From an uncultured Acidobacteriota bacterium (GTDB lineage: Bacteria; Acidobacteriota; Thermoanaerobaculia; Multivoradales; SZUA-115): a stretch of 64,000 nucleotides of DNA. Every line of letters begins with the position of its first letter. Positions within the stretch are counted from its first letter, which is position 1. The stretch covers positions 128,001 to 192,000 of the forward strand of contig CAWDVR010000003.1 of the NCBI GenBank assembly GCA_963805975.1. Direction: 5' to 3'. The position numbers and the translations under genes are program-made. Below the pieces are notes generated by a model. The model saw only the letters and a list, made by a program, of their open reading frames with translations, made no database searches and was not told where the DNA came from. Positions 57,022 through 64,000 of the stretch are shown one piece after another.

Positions 57022-58071
57022 TCACGGCCGGATCCTTGCACCGTGCACGGCTTTCCACCGCTTCTTCTCGGCGTAGGCCGCGCCGCCTTCGGCACGGTCG
57101 GCGAGGTATGTCTCTTCGCGCCGCAGCTTGTCGTAGCCGGCCTTGCGCTCGGCGTCCAACCGGCCGGCGGCCACGGCCGCCTCGACCGCGCAGCCCGGCT
57201 CGCCCTGGTGCCGGCAGTCCCGAAACTGGCAGGCTGCGGCTAGCGCCTCGATGTCGTCGAACACCTCGGCCAGCGCCTCGTGGCCGCCGGCGAGGCCCAG
57301 CTCGCGCAGGCCGGGCGTGTCGAGCAGCAGGCCGCCCGCGGGGAGGGGGATCAGCTCCCGTCGCGTGGTGGCGTGCCGGCCGCGGTCGTCGCCGGCACGG
57401 ATCTCGGCCACCGCCTGCCGGTCGGAGCCCAGGAGCGCGTTGACCAGCGTCGACTTGCCGGCGCCGGAGGAGCCGAGGAGCGCCACGGTCAGGCCGCGGC
57501 CGAGATAGCTGCCGAGCGCGTCGAGCCCCGTCCTCTCTCGTGCGCTCACCAGATGCACGGGTGAACCGGCGGCCACCGCCTGGACCTCGCGGGCGAGAAG
57601 CCCCGGATCGGCGGCGAGATCGGCCTTCGAGAGCACGAGCACCGGCCGCGCGCCGGACTGCCGTACCACCGCCAGGTAGCGCTCGAGCCGGCGCGGGTTC
57701 AGATCCTGGTTGAGCGAGCTGACGATCAGCACGGTGTCCACGTTGGCGGCGAGGACCTGCGTCTCGCCCGTGTCTCCGGCGGCGCGGCGCGCGATCGTGG
57801 TGCGCCGGGGCAGCACGGCATGGACGATCGCCGGGCCGCCGGGGAAGGCCTGGAAGGCCACCCAGTCGCCGACCGCGGGCAGCTCGGCCCGGTTCTCGGC
57901 GCGATAGCGGAGCGCGCCCGTGGGCTCGGCCACGAGCTCGCCCCCCGCCGTCAACAGCCGGTAGATCTCGTGTGCTTCGGTGGCGACACGGCCGGCCGCG
58001 AGGCCCCGTGCCGCGAAAGGTCGAAAGTCTCGTTCGAAGAGCTCATTCCAGCCAAAGTCGTGAAGGCTCAC
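57022..58071 (-). CDS. rsgA: Ribosome small subunit-dependent GTPase A
   Basis: SKAD, GSSGAGKST, GRHATT, DTPG, CQFRDCRHQGEPGC; GGAG RBS before GTG 58071. Confidence 0.93.
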   Translation of the reverse strand: MSLHDFGWNELFERDFRPFAARGLAAGRVATEAHEIYRLLTAGGELVAEPTGALRYRAENRAELPAVGDWVAFQAFPGGPAIVHAVLPRRTTIARRAAGDTGETQVLAANVDTVLIVSSLNQDLNPRRLERYLAVVRQSGARPVLVLSKADLAADPGLLAREVQAVAAGSPVHLVSARERTGLDALGSYLGRGLTVALLGSSGAGKSTLVNALLGSDRQAVAEIRAGDDRGRHATTRRELIPLPAGGLLLDTPGLRELGLAGGHEALAEVFDDIEALAAACQFRDCRHQGEPGCAVEAAVAAGRLDAERKAGYDKLRREETYLADRAEGGAAYAEKKRWKAVHGARIRP

Positions 58072-58151
58072 GCCGTCTCCTCCCAGTCGAGTCGTTGGGT
58101 GAAGCGAGGAGAGGGACGGCGGGGTCGCCGCACCGGCCCGGTGAGCACGGC

Positions 58152-58178
58152 TCACGCGACCGGTGCGGCACGCCGCAT
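58152..58178 (-). other. Putative leader peptide MRRAAPVA in a structured rsgA leader
   Basis: 9-codon ORF whose 3' half is one arm of a hairpin (GCCGCACCGGTC / GGCCGGTGCGGC). Confidence 0.35.
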
Positions 58179-58405
58179 CGTCCCAGAGCGCTCGGCCCCG
58201 GTGCGCCGCTCTGGGGCGCCGGGGCGAGGCTCAGTCAGCGGAGGGCAAGATCTGCGTTTTTCAGCGGCCTTGAAACCACGGCCGGGAGGTTAGCACGAGC
58301 CTCCCGGGCCGCGCGTCGCCGCGTATGGCGTGTAGTTGAAAGACAGCTCGTACTGGCTCTCGTGGCCGGTCCAGTAGAGCGGCGAGCCCTACGGCAGGAA
58401 GTAGC

Positions 58406-59263
58406 TCACTCGTCCGCGTGGACGATCGTCCCCACGTGCTCGCCCGCGAGCGCCCGTGCCAGGAGCTCGGGCTTGCCGCCGTCGATCAACTGGAAGCGCC
58501 GCACCAGCCGCGAGCGCTCGAGCAGGTCGATGAGCACCTCGTCGAAGGGCAGGGTCCGCAGCTTCTTGGCCTTGAGCTCGGCGACGCTGATCTCCGGGAT
58601 AAAGGCGGCGTCGGGTTGAATCTTGGGATCGGCCTCGTAGAGGCCGGCCACGTCCTTGACCAGCGTCAGGCTCTTGCAGCCGAAGCACTCGGCCACCAGG
58701 TACGAGCCGGCGTCGGTGCGGTGGGGCGGGATGCGGCCGATCGCCGGCGGGTGCTCCCACAGCGAGTAGGGCGGGTCGCCGTTGAAGATCACCCCCGGCG
58801 CGCTCTTCAGGAACAGCGGCAGGAGGTGGCCGAAGAGCTCGGGCGGGATCGCCACCACGCCCTGGGGAGCGAGCAGCGTGCCCAGGATGTGCGCGTTGCC
58901 GAGCGCGTCGGCGAGCGCGAGCTGCGCGAGGACGCCGGTGGGCAGGCCCAGGTCGAGACCGATCGAGAACACGTGCCGGCTGCGCACTCCGCCGCCGGTC
59001 GAGAGGATCAGCTTGTGCGTGGCGAGCGCCTGGTTCAAGGCCGCGACCACGGGCAGCAGGGCCTCGGCGCCGCGGTCGACGATCGAGCGCCCGCCGATCT
59101 TGACCACGTGCGCGTCGGGCAGCATGCGCACCAGCGGCCGGTGGTTGTCCGTCGCAGCCACCAGGTCTCGGTCGATCAGGCTCTCGCGGGCGAGGAGGGA
59201 TTCGACGTGGTGCCGGCGGTCGCCGGGAGCCGCCGGGGAATCGGTTCGGTTCGGGTTCATCAT
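58406..59263 (-). CDS. mosA: Molybdenum storage protein alpha subunit-like (amino acid kinase fold)
   Basis: HVESLLARESLIDRDL, VVKIGG, RHVFSIGLDLGLP, IPPHRTD, GEHVGT resemble Azotobacter MosA as recalled. Confidence 0.8.
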   Translation of the reverse strand: MMNPNRTDSPAAPGDRRHHVESLLARESLIDRDLVAATDNHRPLVRMLPDAHVVKIGGRSIVDRGAEALLPVVAALNQALATHKLILSTGGGVRSRHVFSIGLDLGLPTGVLAQLALADALGNAHILGTLLAPQGVVAIPPELFGHLLPLFLKSAPGVIFNGDPPYSLWEHPPAIGRIPPHRTDAGSYLVAECFGCKSLTLVKDVAGLYEADPKIQPDAAFIPEISVAELKAKKLRTLPFDEVLIDLLERSRLVRRFQLIDGGKPELLARALAGEHVGTIVHADE

Positions 59264-59300
59264 CGGTCTCCGATCGTCATGGCTCGATCCGCGGTGATCC

Positions 59301-60128
59301 TCAATCCGCGGTGATCAGCGTGCCCACGTCCTCACCCTCGAGCGCCCGCGTCAGGTTGCCCGGCACCAGGCCGTTGATCACCCGCACCTCGCGCCGGTGC
59401 TGGGCGTGCTCCATCAGATCGAGCACCGCGCGCTCGACGACCAGGTCGGGAAGATCCATGGCCTTGAGCTCGGCGACCGTGACCTTGGGAATGAGCTTCG
59501 CGCCGCGGTCCTTCTTGGGATCGGCGGTGTAGAGGCCGTCCTCGTCCTTGACGTAGATCATCGAGCGGGCGCCGAAGACCTCGCTCACCAGGTAGGCGCC
59601 GGTGTCCGTGCGGTGGGGCGGGATGCGGCCCACCGCCGGGTTCTGCTGCCAGAAGGTGTAGGGCGGCATGCCGAAGAAGACCACCGCACGGCGCTCGGCC
59701 AGGTAGAGCGGGAGCTGCGGGAACTGAGCCGGCTCGATGAACGGGATGCCGTGGCGCGCCAGCAGGTAGTGGAGCATGCGCGCGTTCTGCATCGAGACGA
59801 AGGTGCCGAGCACGCTCATCACGCCGGTGGGCAGGCCGAGGTCGAGCGCCACGCTGTAGGCATGGCGGGCCCTGGTGCCGGCGCCGGTGCCGAGGATCAT
59901 CCGGTGCCGAGGCAGGTTGGCCATCACCTCCTCGAGCACCGGGAAGACGGCTTTCCGGCCGCGGTCGATGATGCTCTGGCCGCCGATCTTGATCACGTTG
60001 GCCTCGGGCAGGATGCGCTCGACCGGCCCGCCGGCCGTCTGCCGCAGAAGGTCCGGGTCGGAGAGCGACCCCTCGACCAGGTTCTTGCCCAAGGCGGTCA
60101 GCAGCTCGTCGTCGAGGCGTGTGCTCAA
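59301..60128 (-). CDS. mosB: Molybdenum storage protein beta subunit-like (amino acid kinase fold)
   Basis: SLSDP, VIKIGGQSIIDRGR, GTGAGTRARH, GMPPY, VKDEDGLYTA, NGLVPGNLTRAL resemble Azotobacter MosB as recalled. Confidence 0.85.
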   Translation of the reverse strand: MSTRLDDELLTALGKNLVEGSLSDPDLLRQTAGGPVERILPEANVIKIGGQSIIDRGRKAVFPVLEEVMANLPRHRMILGTGAGTRARHAYSVALDLGLPTGVMSVLGTFVSMQNARMLHYLLARHGIPFIEPAQFPQLPLYLAERRAVVFFGMPPYTFWQQNPAVGRIPPHRTDTGAYLVSEVFGARSMIYVKDEDGLYTADPKKDRGAKLIPKVTVAELKAMDLPDLVVERAVLDLMEHAQHRREVRVINGLVPGNLTRALEGEDVGTLITAD

Positions 60129-60967
60129 GCTCGCTCCTCTCTCGTGGCCGGCGTCAGCTCGACGGCGGCCAGCTCATAGCTTTCCTCGGCCTCGCGGCCG
60201 GCTTCGAGGTCGCCGAAGCGCTCGCGGGCCCAGGCTTCCAAGTGCTCCAGAACTGCGTTCTTGACCGCCGCCGGCACGGTGGTGCCGGCGAGGCCGGGTT
60301 TCTCCCGCCACGAGGCGAGAGAGTCGGCGGGCCGCTCGACCACCGGCCAGGTGGCGACCGCGACGGTCGGCAGCGGAGTCGCCCCGCGCTCGGTGAAGCT
60401 CTCGATCAGCCGCCCCTGGCCATCTCCACCGTCCCGGCCTTCGATGCCGTGACCGGCCAGCAGCCGCCGCATCTCACGGCGGAGCCGCGAGCGCAGACTG
60501 GTGCCCGCGCGCCGCACACGGCCGATCGCCAGGCGCGCGCCCGCCGGATGCGCCGCGCGCAGCGCCTCGTCCACCAGATGGTCGGGTGCCAGGAGGTGCG
60601 CGGCGCGCGACAGAAAGATCAGGCCGGCGCTGCCCTTGGCCACCGGCCACGGCCGGTTGGCGTCGGCCTGCAACCAGACCGCGCGCCGCGACCGGCGCCG
60701 GGCCTCGAGCAGCATGGGCAACGAGAGGTCGAGGCCCCAGTAGTCGAGGATCGAAGAGGGGCTGCGTGCCGCCGCCAGGTGCGCTCCGATCTCCCCCGTG
60801 CCGGCGCCCACCTCGAGCAGCGCTCTGCCGGCAACCGGCGGGGCGAGCTCCAAGAGCGCGGCGGCGATCTTTCCGGCCGCCGCCGGCAGGCCGGCGCGGC
60901 GGTCGAAGGAGCCGGCCTGGGAATCGAAGCGCAAGGGTTCGGGCACGGAGGGTGGAGTATGTCCCAT
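60125..60967 (-). CDS. Class I SAM-dependent methyltransferase
   Basis: LLEVGAGTG, GLDLSLPML, QADA; stop overlaps the mosB TTG; start uncertain. Confidence 0.8.
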   Translation of the reverse strand: MGHTPPSVPEPLRFDSQAGSFDRRAGLPAAAGKIAAALLELAPPVAGRALLEVGAGTGEIGAHLAAARSPSSILDYWGLDLSLPMLLEARRRSRRAVWLQADANRPWPVAKGSAGLIFLSRAAHLLAPDHLVDEALRAAHPAGARLAIGRVRRAGTSLRSRLRREMRRLLAGHGIEGRDGGDGQGRLIESFTERGATPLPTVAVATWPVVERPADSLASWREKPGLAGTTVPAAVKNAVLEHLEAWARERFGDLEAGREAEESYELAAVELTPATREERA

Positions 60968-60998
60968 GTAGGGGCGACCGGCGGTCGCCCCTACATGG
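60964..60998. repeat. Perfect palindrome, GTAG-type REP-like
   Basis: CCATGTAGGGGCGACCG-G-CGGTCGCCCCTACATGG, 17-bp arms. Confidence 0.8.
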
Positions 60999-61029
60999 TG
61001 GCGATCACCCCGCTAGTTCGTGCACTGCG

Positions 61030-63147
61030 TCAGTTCGTGCATTGGGGCGAGGCCGGCAGCGGAACGCTGCAGTTGTCCGCCGTGCCGGCCGGCACCGTGG
61101 TGCCCCAAACCGGGCTCGTGGTGGGGCAGACGGTCTGCACGCCGATCATCATGCCGCGGTCCTCGTGGCCCAGGAAATGGCAGTGGATGACGTACTCGCC
61201 GGTGAAGTCGAGGAAGCGGCTGCGGGTGGTGATCGAGCCCCAGGGGAGGCAGCCGCAGACCGACATCTGGCCGGGTACGGTGGTGGTCCACTGGCCGTTC
61301 CAGTTGCCGCTGGCCTTGGTGCAGACGCCGGGGCACACCTGTTGCGCCTGCTGGTTGCTGAAGATCGGGCCGGCGTTGACGTCCTGCGGCGTGGTCGAGA
61401 CCGCCGGCAGGCCGAAGGTGTCCCACCAGACCCAGGGTGCGGGCAGCGCCTGGCCGTTGACGGCGATGATCTGGAACGGGTTGATGTGGATGTGGAACGG
61501 GTGCTTGGGAGCCGAGTTGTTCGACACCACCCACTGCTCGGCGGTGCCGATCTTCATCGTCTCGTCGACGCAGCTCGGGTCGAACTGCTTGCCGTTGATG
61601 AAGAAGGCGTTCTGCTGAATGCCGGGCGCGCCGGTCATGCTGAACAGCACGCTGCGGTTGTTCGAGACCTCGCCCTGCTGCACGTCCGCCAGGAACGGCG
61701 GCATGGGCGGCCACTGCGCCTGGGTGGGGAAGGTCATCGGCTTCGCCGTGCCGGCGACGGTGACGGTCAGCAGCGGCGGGTTGGCGGCGGCGGCCGCGGT
61801 CGCGCCCAGCTTCTTGTTCGCCGCCAGGTTCCTGAGCAACCCCTGCCGGTGCCGCTCGGCGCGCGCCTGGATCTCCGGCTCGAGGAAGCCGGTCACCTTG
61901 AAGGTCAGCACGTGCGTGCCCGGCGTCGAGGGAGCCTGCACCAGGAAGTCGGCGCGGTTGCCTGGCGAGAGGCTGAAGTTCTGCACCCCCTGGGCGAGGA
62001 GCGGCTGGGTGCCGTAGTTCTGGGGCGCGAACTGCACGCCATCCTGCGCGATCTGCTTGAGCGTCGGCGCCGAGGTGTTCTCGAACCCGATCTGCAACTG
62101 GGCGGAGGCCTGCATGGTCTCGTTGACCAGGCGCCAGCGCTGGATCTCGCCCGGCTGCATGCTCACGACCGGGTTGGCCTGGCCGTTGATGAGCGGCTGC
62201 GGCGGCGCGTAGGTGGGGTCCTGGCGGAAGAAGTTCAGCACGTCGTCGAGCTGCTGGATGACCATCACCTTCTCGGTGAGCCCGCCCTGGGCCTTGAAGA
62301 AGCCGTTGAGCCAGTCGTCGAAGGGCCCTTCGATGAGCAGTGCCCCGCCCATGCCGTTGAGCAACTGGAGCGCTACCGAGCCGTGCTTGTGCGGGTGGTA
62401 CCAGTGGGTGCCCTCGGCCTGGTTCGACGGGAAGGGGTTGATGGCGTACTGATACTGCCCGCTGGCGGAGGTGCCACGGGTGTGCGTGTGGCCTGCCTTG
62501 TCCGCGGACATGCCGGCCGGCGCCAGCTCGAGCAGCACGTAGTCCTGCGGCGCCTGCGGCGAGACGTGCGTGCCGTGGAAGTGCAGGTTGGTGGTGTTGT
62601 TGCCGTGGAAGCACTCCGGGTAGGTCTCCTGCGGGCAGCCCTTGGTGCAGGTCGCCGGGCAGGGCTGGCCGGGGGCCGGGCAGCAGTTGGAGCCCGCCGG
62701 GCACGCCGAGTCGCACTGGCTGTCGGGGATGGTCGGCAGCGGGAGCTGGTTGACGAGCAGGATCTTGAGCGCGTCACCGTCGCCCGAGGTCGGGGTCGTG
62801 GCCCGCCGCACGCGCAGCGTCGGCCCCGGGGTCGACCACACGAGCTGGCTGCTGCCGGGAGACTGCGGGTAGAAATAGGTGCGCAGGTTCATGGCCTGCG
62901 TGGTCCAGTTGGTGCCGTCGAAGAAGGGCACGCAGGGGTGCTCCTGCATCTTGACCACGAAGGTGGTGCTGAGCACCCCTTTCGTCGCGTCGATCTCCGG
63001 CGGCTGCTGCAAGGGCTGGAGATCGGGCTGCGGGCAGGTCTGCGCGCCGGCCGGGCCGGTGAGGCCGAAGGCCAGCACCAACCCGAGCCAGAGACGCCAG
63101 AGACCAGGGTGAAGGGGGTTCGAGGTCCGGGAAGCTTCGTGGAACAT
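61030..63147 (-). CDS. Secreted multicopper oxidase with Cys-rich insert and MVL-like lectin insert
   Basis: HFHG, WYHPH, HPFHIH, HCHFLGHEDRGM copper motifs; AGGAGG RBS before ATG 63147. Confidence 0.92.
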   Translation of the reverse strand: MFHEASRTSNPLHPGLWRLWLGLVLAFGLTGPAGAQTCPQPDLQPLQQPPEIDATKGVLSTTFVVKMQEHPCVPFFDGTNWTTQAMNLRTYFYPQSPGSSQLVWSTPGPTLRVRRATTPTSGDGDALKILLVNQLPLPTIPDSQCDSACPAGSNCCPAPGQPCPATCTKGCPQETYPECFHGNNTTNLHFHGTHVSPQAPQDYVLLELAPAGMSADKAGHTHTRGTSASGQYQYAINPFPSNQAEGTHWYHPHKHGSVALQLLNGMGGALLIEGPFDDWLNGFFKAQGGLTEKVMVIQQLDDVLNFFRQDPTYAPPQPLINGQANPVVSMQPGEIQRWRLVNETMQASAQLQIGFENTSAPTLKQIAQDGVQFAPQNYGTQPLLAQGVQNFSLSPGNRADFLVQAPSTPGTHVLTFKVTGFLEPEIQARAERHRQGLLRNLAANKKLGATAAAAANPPLLTVTVAGTAKPMTFPTQAQWPPMPPFLADVQQGEVSNNRSVLFSMTGAPGIQQNAFFINGKQFDPSCVDETMKIGTAEQWVVSNNSAPKHPFHIHINPFQIIAVNGQALPAPWVWWDTFGLPAVSTTPQDVNAGPIFSNQQAQQVCPGVCTKASGNWNGQWTTTVPGQMSVCGCLPWGSITTRSRFLDFTGEYVIHCHFLGHEDRGMMIGVQTVCPTTSPVWGTTVPAGTADNCSVPLPASPQCTN

Positions 63148-63337
63148 GGCCACCTCCTGTCCGTCATGCTGCATTTCTGAATTACAAAGAAAGCGGCAAG
63201 TCAGTGGAATTCCAAGATAGAGAGGTCCAGGCCCTCCCCGTGCGAACTCAGCTCTGTGCTTCTGTGCTCCTCGATGATCCGGGAAAGCGGGCCGCGCTGT
63301 CAAGGCAAAGGCTCTCTTTGGTACCGTAGCAATTCCC

Positions 63338-64000
63338 GTGGAGCCGATCCCCGCCCCCGACACCTATCGCCAGACCGTGCGCGAGCTCTCCGACCGGCTG
63401 GTCGAGGCGCAGCGGCCGATCCGCATCCTGGACGCGATCCAGTGGGGGCCGGAAGTGCGCGAGGCATTTTTCGCCACCGGTTGCGCCGAGCAGCCGAGGG
63501 TGGACGCTGCGTATTACCAGGCACGGCCGCTGGGCTTCGACCCGGAGGAGAAGCGCCGCCAGTTCGCGGATCTCGAACGCGACGTGCAGCGCGCCCTGGG
63601 CTCCTTCAACACCATCGGCCAGATCATGCGCCGCATGTGCCGCGAGTACCAGACCGTGATCTCGATGCTCGAGGCGCGCGGCCGGCCCGAGTTCTCCACC
63701 TTCTCGCAGGAGCTCTACGGCGGCGCCAGCGACGCTCTCCACGCCGGCGAGCCCACGCTCGCCGATCTCGCCACGGTGATGGGCGAGGCGCTCGAGAAGA
63801 TCAGCCGCAGCCAGGTGCTGCCCGAGGAGGAGAAGACGATCAACGGCGCCGAGGCGGTGGCGTGGCTCCAGCAGCGCCTGGACCTCGCCTTCCAGGACCC
63901 GCTGCGCCGCGTGCGGGTGCTGCTCTCGGACGGCATCGTGGCGGACGCCGCGGCGGGCTCGGACTACTTGAAGATCCGCCGCGAGGCGATGTTCAACGAA
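63338..64000 (+). CDS. QEGLA-motif/DUF1704 family protein (N-terminal part, runs off the window; absent from the ORF track)
   Basis: Open frame from GTG 63338: YRQTVRELSDRLVEAQRPIRILDAIQW..MLEARGRPEF..LYG..SDGIVADAAAGSD. Confidence 0.7.
   Translation, partial: MEPIPAPDTYRQTVRELSDRLVEAQRPIRILDAIQWGPEVREAFFATGCAEQPRVDAAYYQARPLGFDPEEKRRQFADLERDVQRALGSFNTIGQIMRRMCREYQTVISMLEARGRPEFSTFSQELYGGASDALHAGEPTLADLATVMGEALEKISRSQVLPEEEKTINGAEAVAWLQQRLDLAFQDPLRRVRVLLSDGIVADAAAGSDYLKIRREAMFNE

Noticed and set aside
58406-60128. Uridylate kinase (pyrH) duplication
   Set aside because: No tsf/frr context, and the motifs match MosA/MosB better

Overview
GC-rich (roughly 70% by eye), densely coding bacterial chromosomal window. 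Gene content (Oar-like TonB receptors, sulfatase-TPR lipoproteins, ECF/kinase/CHAT loci, IPTL-CTERM protein) suggests Acidobacteriota, probably Thermoanaerobaculia; this is inference. About 50 CDS; no rRNA, tRNA, CRISPR array or transposase seen. Main points: (i) a signalling island at 6.5-17.8 kb with three ECF sigma factors, a membrane Ser/Thr kinase-TPR and a five-gene unit (tandem NHLP-like protein, ECF sigma, lipoprotein-like CHAT caspase-family protease, membrane anti-sigma-like protein, secreted subtilase), the best candidate for an undescribed proteolytic signalling system; (ii) a mosB-mosA molybdenum storage pair; (iii) a multicopper oxidase with an inserted MVL-type lectin module; (iv) two TxPxH sulfatase-like-TPR genes each near an Oar-like TonB receptor; (v) a shared ECF-type promoter motif; (vi) a putative leader-peptide attenuator upstream of rsgA. 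Three genes carry apparent +1 frameshifts (five in total), most likely sequencing errors. All family calls come from motif recognition by eye; no database search was run.
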